A stretch of 64,000 bases of DNA from Marsupella aquatica (lineage: Eukaryota > Plantae > Marchantiophyta), in NCBI GenBank assembly GCA_973895155.1, contig OZ316899.1, positions 10,691,135 through 10,755,134 on the forward strand, written 5' to 3'. Both the position numbers and the translations under genes were made by a program. A model generated the notes under the pieces. That model ran no database searches, had not been told where the DNA came from, and was given only the letters and a program-made list of their open reading frames with translations. Positions 26,881 to 39,548 of this stretch are shown here, one piece after another. Numbering within the stretch: position 1 is the stretch's first letter; every line of letters begins with the position of its first letter.

Positions 26881-29532
26881 ACCTGAGTGCTTTCAAACAA
26901 TTGAGTTATGGAGAACTAACAGACTTTCCTTTGCAATTGTAGGATTGGTTGGCTCTTGCAAGAATGACCATGGGAAGGAAAGATTGTCGTAATGTCTACT
27001 GGTTACTATTTGCCGACAATGCTCTTTTTGATTTATGGAGTTTGGTATGCCAATTGTGGTTGGATGGGAAACTTCCCGATGGAGCTGGTGTAGAAGGAAA
27101 TGAGAAGTCTGAAAAAGCAATTACTGTTGCCATGTTTCGTTGTTTTGATGGTGAGTTGATCTCACAACGAGACATCACAAGAATACTGACGCGGGTGAAG
27201 TCAGGAAAGGTATTGCTAAAGAAAGATGCCTCTAATAAATCAGACATGCCATCTATAGAGGAGTTGGCCAAAGATGTGAAGATCGTGCGGAAACTCAAGT
27301 CCCTTATTGAAGACTACTATTGCACCAAGGATGCGGTGAATTTCCCGACAAATACTAATTGGGGGAAAGTAGTTGAGGTTCTTCCTACGCTAGCAATTGA
27401 TTCAGAGTTCACCAGGTGTCGAAGAGCCGCTGGCGAGGTCTATCTTGCCAACCTTTTAAAGCCAAATCATACGCGGGAGAGCGCAATCTTGCCGACGGCA
27501 TTGGTATTCCGCCTAGATGATATATACTGCCAGAGATTTGGCGGAGGATCACGTTCTCGGACCCTACCATGGGTTACATTTTTTAGCGACAATCTCATGA
27601 AGACCATTGATCCAGAGTCATTGCAAGAAGCTCCTCCGACCTGCCCTCTTGCCATTGTTGATTTTAGCCGGCTTCCGCAAAAATAGTGGACTGAAGCAGA
27701 GATTCTTGTTCTCTTTGAATACATTGTGGAGCTTCCACAAAATCCCACGATTGTGGTGACGATAACAGTTCATCCTGGACAACTTGCACTGAATGTCCAT
27801 GGTGCCCTTCGTAAATTGGGACAAGAGAAAGCTTTGACCATTCACATTGAGTATGGGAGTTATTCCCGAGATGATCAACCGCACCCTCATGACTCATGTT
27901 GGGGTGGAGGGATTGAAGAAGTTATCTTTGCAGGGATTTCTCGAGATGAAGACGTCAATTGGAATGAAGTTTTCAAGCCCAACTATCCAAAGCCAAAATT
28001 CTTGTATACTTCAAAGGATGTTGATTATGAAGTATGAAAGATCGACAAGGGAAAGGGGAAAGCTAAGGAATCAGATGAGGGGACACAAAACGACGACCTA
28101 AAAGTGGTTTTGGACCCGGAAGAGGCCGTCAAGATTATGAATATGGCCCCTCGATTTGAGACAGTTGGTAGTCGCGGAGGATGGGTTAATCCTCATGCCA
28201 AACCCACGCGGATGATCCGAAGAATTATTGAATCCTTATCAGAACCGGGAGATTTGGTTCTAGATTTTTTCTCCGGTGGCCAAGTCATGAAGACATCATT
28301 TTTTTGCGATAGGGAATGCTTTGTTTATTGTGACTCTCAGTCCGAGAGGCATTTTGTGGAAGCTTTTGCTTCCTACCTTTGCGAGAGAGTTCCCTCACTT
28401 AAAGCCCATTGTGAATCACTTGCTGAAAATTCTTGACAATGGGCTACCACTATTGCGGCTGTAGCTGTCGCTGTTGAATCCGACGGTTCTGAGTCTGAAG
28501 ATGTTGCTGACAAAGTGGCTAAAGGCGTAGAGGCATCAGAGGAGGCATATGTCAAGAATTTGGATGACCGTGTTGGTCAAGGTGAGCCTTACGATGTAGA
28601 TGATGATATTGGACTTGCACCAAACCGTTCATCTGGTTTAGATGACATCCCTCCGGGGCCCAATGAAGTTCAAGTTGATGATAACTTGGACAAGGATGAT
28701 CCCAATCCAACAACGCCGGGAGGACAGATGGAGCAACTGGAAGGAGCAAGGGTTGATATGTTTGATCATCTTTCTTCAACCAATCTGATCAACGAAGGCG
28801 CAACGAGGCTTGGAGATTCAAATGAAGCTGAAACTAACGAATTGACTCGTGGGGAAGCCGGCGGATTGCCTGACATTCCCATCAATCCAGGAGGAAATGC
28901 ATCAACGGCTGCTGACAACCAGGCAGGTGCTTCAACTTGTCCTGACACACTCTTTTCAGCTTCTGATGACAAATTGGTGTTCGTTCGTTCACACTCGAGG
29001 AGTCCTGTTGTCCTTCCGTTCTCAAAAAAGAAAGGGAATAGAGTTGGATCAACTGGATGGAGGTCATTGGAACGCGACGCACGATGTTACGTGTGGAAAA
29101 GTGGGCCAAATCGAGGCCAAGAAATATCATTGGAAGCTGCTCCTTCAATTCTCAATAAGGAGGAGTATAAGAGGGGAGAATTGGGGTTCATAACTCCTGT
29201 TTGGACTTCTCCTTATTGGGTAGAACAAAGTACTTCAGATGTCAATTTTGAAATCCAACAGGAGCTTGGTGCTGACATGATTATTGATGAATACGGATCT
29301 CTTATTTCGGAATGAAATTCAGCCTTTGACTTTCTATTTATTCATATCAATCTAAAATACTTCTCGGTCTCACAGAATGGGCTCACCAATTAAAGTCTCC
29401 ATATCCGTCTACACATTGTGAGGCTTCTAAAAACGGTATGTAGGTTAATTTTCGTTTTTGTCAGCCATTGTGTTGTATTTTTGGACTGAGACAATCCTAA
29501 TCCAAAGTTCACTTTTGGTCTTTTCTCTGAGA

Positions 29533-30566
29533 ATGGTGTTTGGTGCACTTGCAGAATCGAGACCTGGTCCCGTCAAGCGGAAGTTGTTGATTTTGGACCT
29601 TAATAAAATACTTTGGGATTCTATTGAATTCCAAAGCAAGGGCACATCCAGGAATATTGTCACCTCAAGTGGAGTGCATTGGGATAGAAAAAATGGTATT
29701 AGTCGCATGTATACAGAACGACCAGGGCTCCATGAGTTTCTAAAGTTGGTTTTTGACAGATTTGACGTTGCAATTTGGACTTGTGCTGGGGTAGAACGAA
29801 CAGTGAAAATGCTGAACATGATGTTCACTGTTGAGGAGCGGTTGAAACTTAAGTTTGTATTCACACAGGTGGAAGCCTTTGACACAGGCATTCAAAGGCG
29901 TGACATTACAAACGGAAAGGCAAATGTGCTACTGAAGGATTTTCAGGTGGTATGGAATGCATTTGGAAATCTATATGATGAAACCAACACCCTCCTTGTC
30001 GATGACTCCCCCCTTAAGGCATTTGCCAACCCAGACATGACTGGATTATTTCCAGTGCCCTACACGCATGCCAATCGTGGAGATAATTTTCTTCTAGCAA
30101 TTCTTTGGCCATGTCTTGAGAAACTATCACATGCAAGTGACATTCGATGTTATCTTCTTCTCAACTCTCCAAAGTGGTCTCTTTTGCACATGAAGAGAGA
30201 CAAGGCAAAAAATGAGATTACTTATGATCAACTTAGCAAGAGATTTGCAGCAAAAATTTGGAAGTCACAGTTTACACATAGTGTGTTGGACCTCAACAGT
30301 AATGAGATCCCTTGGAACGTCCTGAGGTGGAACTTGACAATGCACTTGTCAACTCACTTGCTAAATCATTTTTAGGAAAGGACTATTCAGGTCCATATAG
30401 AGAAAATCCCAGACACTTTTTGCGGGGGATTATAGCCATTAGGAACAACACCACCAGATTTCAACTCCTTGAAAATAAAGGGAGTTGCAACCGTGACAAT
30501 AGGGTAGATAGGAAAGGAGACAGGGGCACATGCTCAAATACACATTGTAGGGAGCACTTGGTTTAG
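29533..30566 (+). CDS. FCP1/SCP (NIF) HAD phosphatase-like protein, probable frameshift near 30320
   Basis: Motifs RKLLILDLNKIL, RPGLHEFL..VFDRFDVAIWT and NTLLVDDSPLKAFANP. The C-terminus appears to continue in the 30312-30566 frame. Confidence 0.75.
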
Positions 30567-30651
30567 ATATTTAATTGACTTGTGTTAAGCCCCTTGGATA
30601 GTACTAGAAATATGTTCGTATTCAATGTAAATTTGCAGATAATTGTATAAA

Positions 30652-33600
30652 TGTTATAACCCATAATATGACTTAACCCTAGTATAGGATAGGTTAACAT
30701 TAACCCAACCATGTTAACCCTTCTGGACTATATAAGTCCTTGGCATAATGGAAGTGAGTGGGGATTATTGACTACTATCATCTTGTGTATTCATAACACG
30801 TTATCAGCGCGACTTGCTCAATTACATTTTTTTTACATGTGCTCCCTCCCCAAAATCTGACAACTCAATAGATCGAGGTCCACACAAAGAAAACAACACA
30901 ATGTTGTGTGTTTTTTGCTCCAATGGCGAGAATAACCGCCTAACTACCTCCCGAGAATAGAGAAAACAAGCTTATGATCGAAGAACAAAGAACTGGCCAT
31001 AGAGCGTCGAGCCTAATCACGAGCGAAGATTCTCAACCTTGAACGAAGGAGACAACGCGACGAGACGCAAAAAACAAAATAAAAGACATTGGCGAAAACT
31101 GAAAACTTTGAGGACCGCACACAAGGACATACGAACGAACTCCATCGGGGACAATTTGGATGCGATTCAAGGGGCAGATGAGTCCCGTGCCTTGAGCGAA
31201 AGGATCGCTATCGTTTCTCTTTCTTTTGGTTAACTTGATCCATCACAACAGCCGATCAATCGGGCGGGACAAGGCGAAAGTCATAGGCATTTGATACAAA
31301 GGAACACCATATATTTATAAGGCCCAAAATCAGGCGAAATAGACATGGCGACATTGGAGAAGTTACATTTCCCAGCCCTACTAGTAGACGGCAGCAACTA
31401 CTTGACATGGGCCGTAGATGCGGAAACATACTTCGCATCGTTGGAGCTTGAAGATACATTAATCACAGACCAAAATCTGACTCTACAACAGAAGGCCAAG
31501 GCCGTGTTCCTTTTGCGCCAGCACTTGGTTCCCTCACTAAAATCCCAATACATGAACGAAGTCAATCCACGACTCCTGTGGGACAAGTTAAAGGCCCGAT
31601 TCGACCATATGCGCGAAATATGGCTTCCTGAGGCTCGCCGCGATTGGTACAACCTACGAGTGATGGATCATACTTCCATTGCTAACTACAACAGCGCTCT
31701 ATTTAAAATTACCTCTCAACTAGAACTCTGCGGCCATCCAGTCCCAGACGCAGATAAGATCGACAAGACACTGAGTACATTCCCCGAATCAAACATTGCA
31801 CTCGGTACACAGTACCGAAATATGCAATTCACCACATATTCAGATCTTATCGCACATTTACTTGTAGAAGAGAAGCAACAGGTGGTCGCCATGCAAAACG
31901 CCCAAAAAAGACCTGCGGGAACAGAACCACCACCACACAAACCAGAGATAAATTACTATCAGCGAGATAACATGGGACGAGGCCGACCAAGAGGCAGAGG
32001 CGGATACCAAGGCAGAGGTAGAAACCAATCCTACAGAGGTCGAGGATATCGACAATCATACAACACAAGAGGCAGGGGAGTAGGCGGCAGAGGCAGGATG
32101 AGTGATAATGCATCGGACAACACCAAAGATGATAGGATGTGCTACCGATGCGGAAAAATAGGACACCTGAAGAAAAATTGTTGGGCATCGGACCAAACAG
32201 CCAGGAAACATACAGAATCAAGAGCTAGACTCAAACAAAACCCAGCAGGGAACTACATGGAGCTAGAAGAAGCAATAGCCACCTACAAAGACCCCGAACA
32301 ACCTCATGAAGTGGAGACCCACATAGTAACTCCAGCAAGAGGACCCTACACACTACAAGACCCCAATCTGGGCATAATTGACAGCGGTATGTCTCATACA
32401 ATACTAAAGGACAAGAAATATTTCCACTCAATTACCCCATCAGCCCGGCATATGACCACCATTTCAGGCACAAACCAGATTGAGGAGGGTAAAGGCACAG
32501 CCACGGTAATATTCCCAGGAGGCACTGCACTCGCCATCGAAGCAGCGATATTTGCCCCGCGAGCTACAAGGAACCTCATCAGCTTCCGAGACATAGTCGC
32601 AAATAAATATCAACTGCGCACAGTGAAAACAGACGAGGAAGATACCCTCCAAATCGTGGAGGTTACCGAACAAGGTATACATATTAAAGAAACCTTACCC
32701 CTTATACCACCAGGCCTCTACGCAACTTAAATTCAAGCTCACTATGTCACTGCAGACTTACCTGATATCACATACTTATGGCACTGTCGACTGGGACACC
32801 CCGGAGTAAATATGTACCGCAGAATTATTCATGACTCCCGTGGAATCCCCCAAGGAGTCAACCCATCAACAAAACAAAGGCAATGCCTGGCGTGCTCTCA
32901 GGGGAAGCTGATTACACGCCCACAAATACAGAAGACAATCTATGCCATCCCGAACTTCCTGGAACACCTGAACGCAGATGTATGCGGCCCGATCCACCCA
33001 CCAAGTGGACCGTTTAAGTATTTCCTGGCCATCATCGACTCTTCGACCAAATGGCTGCAAGTATCTCTACTCTCTACACGCAACTTGGTCTTCGCTAGGA
33101 TACTGGCCAACATTCTAAAGCTTAAAGCACAATTCCCAGAACATCCAATTCGGAAACTGAGAGTGGATGGTGCAGGGGAATTCACCTCAAAAGCATTCGA
33201 TGAGTTTTGCTGGGCAGCGGGCATTGACACTGAATACTCAGTCCCATATGTCCATTTCCAAAACGGAATGGCAGAATCCGTTATCAAGCGTATACAGATG
33301 ATAACCAGACCCCTGTTAATGAATTCAAAGTTACCCCTATCCACATGGGGACACGCAGTCCTCCATGCTGCCACACTGCTTCAATACAGACCATCGGCGT
33401 TCAACACAAAGACTCCACACCACTTAGCGTTCGGACTACCTCCAGACCTGTCACACCTGCGGGTATTTGGATGCAAAGTCATGGTCCCAATACTGGGACC
33501 CAAGCGTACAAAAATCGGACCTCAAAGACAAGAAGGAATCTACATCGGAAATGACTCATCCTCGATCATTCGCTACCTGGAACCGACAACAGCCGATGTG

Positions 33601-36392
33601 TTTAAGGCCAGACATACAGATTGTCATTTTTACGAAGACACTTTTCCCACCCTAAGCATAGACAAACAAATGACAGGGGACTTGCACCCACACAAGATCA
33701 ACTGGAACAGCAGAAACTTACTCAACCAGGACCCGAGGACGAAACAAACGGATGCAGAAGTTAGACGATTACTCCACCTCCACGAGATGCTGGATAAGAT
33801 CCCAGATGCATTTAATGATGCAACAAATGTTACAAAATCCCACAACGAGGCAACCAATGTACCAGCCAGAGTACAAATGAATACTCCTCCAGCAACAGTA
33901 GCTGCCCCTAAGGCGAAAAGAGGTAGGCCACCAGGATCACATGATACCCGACCCCGCCAAAGACGCCCCCATCAGGTAATTCCTGAAACTACTTTTCACT
34001 TCATTAATAATGAATCCGAGACACCAGACATATCGGGTAATGAGGAGATGTCAATTCAGTATAAGCATACAGGACAAATTTACACGAGACAAAACACTAC
34101 TGTCGACGAACAATTTGCTTACCATATAGCTCAAGAAATAACCAATGATACTTCGGACCCTTTAACAATCAAAGAAGCACAAACAAGGTCAGATTGGCCA
34201 CACTGGAAAGAGGCCATTGACACAGAAATGGATGCACTAATCCATCGACAAGTCTTCGGACCAGTCAAACAAGTTGATCCTAACAATGACTATACAGACA
34301 GCCGATTTACGTTCATTAAAAAGCGAAATGCAAAAGGTGATGTTATCAGATACAGAGCGCGGTTAGTAGCAAAAGGATACACCCAGATCCCAGGCAGGGA
34401 CTATGATCTAACATATTCACCAGTAATGGACGTGACGACATTCAGGTATTTAATTGCTTTCTCTCGCAAACACCAGTTATGCAATATCCTTATGGACGTA
34501 GTAATGGCATACCTATATGGAGTCTTAGACTCCGAAATTCATATGAAAGCACCAAAGGAATTACTCGAAAGAGTGGCAGAACACATTCAGGGGAAGCAAT
34601 ACCCGAACCTGAGCAAGGATATGAAGTCGGGAATTGACCAGATTATCCCTAATGATGATTGTAAAGGCCTTGTGTTGAGCAGTGGCAACACACAGAAAGC
34701 ACCACTCCAGTACCCCGGAAAACGAAGGACTGGACAGCAGGCATTTGCTGTGCAAGTATTGAAATCCATAAACGGCCTGAAACAAAGCGGCCGTATATGG
34801 TACCAGAAATTTAAAACCGAAATACAAGCACTCGGATTTATTACAGAAGACATAGCGCCCTGTATATTCATCAAAAGAGTAGACACAGAGTTCGTCGTGT
34901 TAGCGCTATATGTCGATGACATTAATCTCTTCGGTACACAACGACTATTACGACAAACAATCAACACAATGAAGGGCATTTTCGAGATGAAAGAACTGGG
35001 AGAACCGACTTACTGCCTCGGCCTTCAGTTCGATCACCTACAGACAGGCACATTCATTAGCCAGTCTACCTATACAAACAAAATCCTCCAACAATTCAAT
35101 ATGCAAAAGGCATACCCGGTATCAACACCAATGGAGCTGGGATCCTTAGACACTGCGAAGGACATGTTCAGGCAAAGACAGGACAACGAACCAATACTAG
35201 ATTCAGATAAGCCATACTTATCGGCTATCGGAGCCCTCCTTTACCTGGCCAACAACACCCGACAATACGCCACTGGAACGGCATAAAACGAGTATTCCGA
35301 TACCTCCAAGGAACAATTGACATGGGACTATTCTTCCCCAACGAAAGCGAGGATGAACTTACAGGATACGCGGACGCTGGATACCTCTCAGACCCCCAAG
35401 ATTCAAAGTCGCAGACAGGATACGTCTTCTTGCAGGGTAAAACCGCCATATCTTGGAGAAGCACGAAGCAGAGCCTAACCACAACGTCATCGAATCACGC
35501 CGAAGTAATTGCCCTCTATGAGGCATGCCGCGAAGCGATTTGGCTCCGTAGTATAATCACACATATACTCAAACAGACAGGAAAAACCTTACTCACAAAT
35601 CCAACCACCATCTACGAGGACAATAGGGCATGCGTCGACCAGATAGTTACAGGCTACATGAAGACCGATCGAACCAAGCACATAGACCCGAAATTTTTCT
35701 TTACGCATGAACACAGCGGAAAGCAAATACAAGTAAAGTGGATAAGCTCACAAGACAATTGCGCCGACCTCTTCACCAAGCCGCTACCAGCGACTACACA
35801 TCGAAAGCACGTCAGCGCCATTGGAATGCATCGTCTCTCCTCCCTAACCTCCTCGACTAACGACAACTCCCGACACGAACACACAGCCAACGCAAAATCG
35901 AAGTAGAACCTCGACAAACTACTAAATCATAGTATCTAACGAACAGTTTACAGAGAGACACATGTTCCCCCGTCATGAATACAATACTACCCCGACTAGA
36001 GTAACAAATAAACGCTTACTTACTCTTAGCCCACTGGCTTAGACAGTAATAGGCTACTTTTAGACTTAGAGCATACACATTAGAGACTTTCTGAATTAGG
36101 GACCACAAATTGTAATGATGGTAGTACTCTTCCTTGAGAGGAAAGCAGCAAGGTTTGATGAGGCTACATCATAAGTGACTCCCACTTTTAAACTAGGGTT
36201 AAATGTGTGGTTCCTTGACACCCCGTCCAAGTAACCAAGGGGAAGTGTTATAACCCATAATATGACTTAACCCTAGTATAGGATAGGTTAACATTAACCC
36301 AACCATGTTAACCCTTCTGGACTATATAAGTCCTTGGCATAATGGAAGTGAGTGGGGATTATTGACTACTATCATCTTGTGTATTCATAACA
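30652..36392 (+). mobile_element. Ty1/copia LTR retrotransposon, Bianca lineage, full length
   Basis: Identical 147-bp LTRs (30652-30798, 36246-36392), TSD ATAAA, Bianca-type PBS CGTTATCAGC and PPT AAGGGGAAG. Confidence 0.95.
31345..35906 (+). pseudogene. Copia gag-pol polyprotein (gag, CCHC, PR, IN, RT, RNase H), disrupted
   Basis: Motifs CYRCGKIGH, IIDSG, WHCRLGHPG, ADVCGP, YVDD and YADA. In-frame TAA at 32728 and a frameshifting deletion near 35260. Confidence 0.92.
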
Positions 36393-36564
36393 ATAAAGAT
36401 ATTTTATAATCTATTTGGAATGATGTTATTTTGTTCACAGAATATCTGGTCCTTAAATGGGGATGAAATAACTTTATAAGTTTTTATCCTCCATTTCTAT
36501 GTGAGTTATTAAATAATATAATATGTATTATTTATTAATATAATATTAATGTGATTTGGCCTAT

Positions 36565-36680
36565 AAAGTGTACATTTAGAGACACAAAAGTGTACATTTG
36601 GGTGTCTTGAAGTGTACATTTGGGGCCATGAAAGTGTACATTTCAAGACTCATTTGTGAACAAAAGAAAGTACACTTTTA
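36565..36680. repeat. Second AAGTGTACATTT array
   Basis: 4-5 copies of the motif found at 17930-18260. Confidence 0.8.
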
Positions 36681-38401
36681 ATGAATAGGTTGATTTATTT
36701 GTATTCTTAGTTCTTCTATCAAGGTCACTAAATGTGAGGATATTTTACATAACTTTTGTGGGTGACCCTTAGTGCCACACGTAAAGCATTCTATTGTATT
36801 GGAGTTCTTATCTTCTTGTTGCTTTTCTTCACTTTGTGTTTGGTTGCCCCCTTTTGTGTATATGGGTTTTCCATCTCGTCTCCGTCCTCCTCTGTTGGGC
36901 CTGAAATTGGTCCTGCCACCCGCACATCCTCTACCTCTCCCCCTGAAACCTTGGTATCTGTCTCCTCTAGAAGATGTCCCTCCTCTAGAAGATTGTCCTC
37001 CTCTGTTTTTATTAGGGCCTATGCATGGGGTCCATTTATTATTGGTAGGCATTCCAAAATTAGCCTTAGTATTGGGGACTGGGGGCAAAGTCCCTGGGGG
37101 GCGGGTTTTTGCATTCTTAGATTATGGTTGTTTATGCTTTTCAGCCAACAACATATGGGCTATCAACTCAGAATACTTTGTAAATTTCATATTTCTATAT
37201 TGGGCGGCAAGGATCATGTTAGTAGGGTGGACGGTGGATTTCAGTTTGTTCCTCATCAGCTACAGGTTGCCCGTAAAGGGCTAATTGGGATGTTATCCTA
37301 AATAGTTCACTATTATAGTTGGCAATAGATGTGTGGTTTTGCACCCTCAAGTTAATCCAATCATGCTTTGCCTTTTGGAGGTGGATTGTCTTTTTGTGGT
37401 CATATCTGTCCTTCAAGTGCTCCCAAAGGATTCTTGGGTTATATTCATTTAATCATTGAATCTTGAGGGGGCCTCCTAAGTGGTGCCTCAGTAAGACTAA
37501 GGCCTGTGCTTTTTGTTGGAGTGTTGGACCAGCGTCTGTGATAATAGTATCTTGTAGGCCTGTGGATGCCAAATGGGCCTCCGCATCTAGAGACAAGGAG
37601 AGATCATTTTCTCCATCAATGGTGAGTGCCTGGAAATTCATCCATACTATTCATTTTGTAGAGTGAGGTTAACAATTGAAGTGCAAATTTTCTTTTGTAT
37701 TTCTAAAGAATTTTTTTGACTGTGTAAGCAATTGCACTTATCGAGAAAATTCCTTGGGACTTTGGTCGATTGTCACTCCAGTGGACTTTCTCTTTTTAAT
37801 CGACTGCTTTTGCAAATTGATTTGCTTATGTCTCTTGTCCGGCCGATTCCTTCCTTCTCCTGCGGAATTTCTTATCTCATTTTTCCTTTCTCCTGTAGGA
37901 TTGATTTCTTTCCCTAAATCGTTCCTCTCTCCGATTTCCTCCGATCTCTTTGATTTCTCTTTTTGTTCTTAGCTTCGATTTTGCTTTCTTTTCTCTCTGA
38001 TTTGATAGTTAGAAAGTGCATTGTCCAATTGCCTTAGGTTTTTCTCTCTGTTTTCAGAAATTACCACATGAAGATTCATCAATTCCTGTCCAGTAATCGC
38101 CTTCTGCAATCAAGTTCTCCTCAGCTACCCCTTCTCTTTAAATTTTGTTCATCAATGTGCTACGTTTATTTGATTTTATTTTTGGTTTTGGTGAGTCAAA
38201 GTGATGATATCGTGTTGGAATTCAAGGAAGCCATAGCTAGTTAGGATACAAGAGATACAAAGTAGAATCTCCAATTGACATGGATTCAACCGCTCTCCTT
38301 GTATTATATATGTTATGGAACAAAGATAACCTGATCTTAACCAGAGTTAGACTAACCCTAGGTCAGATTCCTAACGTAGCTTTAATACTTGTATCATAAC
38401 A
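36678..38401 (-). mobile_element. Truncated Bianca-type copia remnant (5' LTR 38213-38401, PBS, degraded gag)
   Basis: The gag fragments NFQALTIDGEN..., DWINLRVQNHTSIANYNSELFRITSQL and CFTCGTKGH are homologous to the 31345 gag. The minus-strand LTR reads TGTT...AACA and is followed by CGATATCATCAC. Confidence 0.8.
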
Positions 38402-39548
38402 TATTCTAAATTATTTTGGCAACTCTATATATGTTTTTAATCTTGCTATCCCTGAACTCTCCTTTCTCTCCTTTCCCACATGATTTAAACTTCAATACAA
38501 TCCATCCAAGCACTTTAGCAAATTTTGTGGAATTCTGCCAATGAAAAAAGCACCTCGTCTTGTGAATGTAACACAAATATGAAACACTAATGATACCTTG
38601 AAATGTGTACATCTCCTATTTTAAGTTATTTTCATTCTTTTTAATCTTAGGTTCATGGTTTTAATTGTCATTACCTAAGGCAAGTGAGTATTACCTATCC
38701 CTCAAGAGGTACACAATTGTCATTACCAGAGGCAAGTGAGTATTACCTGTACAGCTTTTTACTACAGTACCCCCCAAACTGAACATTATTACAATCTTGC
38801 CCCCCAAACTAAACTATTTACTATACTGCCCCCCAAACCGTATACCGATGCTTCTAACCAGACTTCTCGACCATGGAAGCGATCCTATTGGCTATCACGT
38901 AACTGCAGTCGACCACCCTTGGTCACACTAACCCGCGAGATCAGTCATTTACGCAGCCTGCACCCAGCCGCGGCGCGCCTAAGGCGTCTGATACCTATCG
39001 GGGCCCATTTGGACCCGGCTCCCACCAAACTGGGGCCGATGCTGCCCCTTCCTCCTACCAGGCCCAAGTAAATGCCACCCATTTGGACCCGACACCCATT
39101 CAGCATCGACGCTGTATTGGGCCCCGACTCCCAGGAGTCATTTTCTTCAGAAAAAAGGGCATTGGGGCATCCTGTGCATGTGAGGCATTTTGATTGTCAA
39201 TCCTCAAAAGAGAAGGATGTGCAGGGAAGGAATCCGGGTGCAAAGCAAAGGAGCAAGGGATCGGGGCAAAAAGGTTGAAGGGCGAACGGATCTCGTGAAG
39301 TAACGCAGCCAATGGAGTCATAGTTAAGAAGTCATTTTAAGTGTGTGGTTGATACTCAATGTGATGCCCCATTTTCTGATAGGGCTGTCGATAGGAACCG
39401 GTCCGGTAAATAAAGGAAGGCAACCCTCACATTCACAGGTGTGAAGCTCAAACCACTACTCTATGCTTCTTGAAATCTGATTCTGATTGAAAGTTTTGTA
39501 TTGCTTGCAATTTGAGTCTGCAATTTTTGTGTCTGCAGGCTATTTTCA

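Larger units (their letters stand above)
24182..29315 (+). pseudogene. Three-exon gene of 1397 codons: ParB/Srx-like domain + beta-class N4C/N6A DNA methyltransferase-like domain; three in-frame nonsense codons in exon 3
   Basis: Exons 24182-24308, 24748-26438 and 26943-29315. Both GT-AG introns have CTAAC branch points and preserve frame. ParB-like motifs: IPVESI..R.L..DHVKEVANSM...FLAISGQHSARAA. MTase-like motif: VNPHAKPTRMIRRIIESLSEPGDLVLDFFSGG. Stops at 27684 (TAG), 28035 (TGA) and 28434 (TGA). Confidence 0.75.
17930..36680. mobile_element. Putative large multi-gene DNA transposon (Sola-like/DUF7869 transposase + ParB-MTase-like gene + HAD gene); termini unresolved; contains a nested copia element
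   Basis: The three genes share one palindromic repeat in their non-coding parts and are bracketed by the same AAGTGTACATTT arrays. No TIR or TSD was identified by eye. Confidence 0.55.

Noticed and set aside
27684-28436. Stop-codon readthrough or U-to-C RNA editing restoring the MTase-like ORF
   Set aside because: Reverse editing is organellar, and ordinary methyl-C deamination explains all three stops.
24876-28436. Bacterial or phage contamination explaining the ParB-MTase
   Set aside because: The gene has spliceosomal introns and is embedded among plant TEs, with a copia insertion nested in the cassette.
32728-32730. Programmed gag-pol readthrough in the copia element
   Set aside because: The stop lies after the protease rather than at the gag-PR junction, and the element has a second lesion, so a point mutation is more likely.
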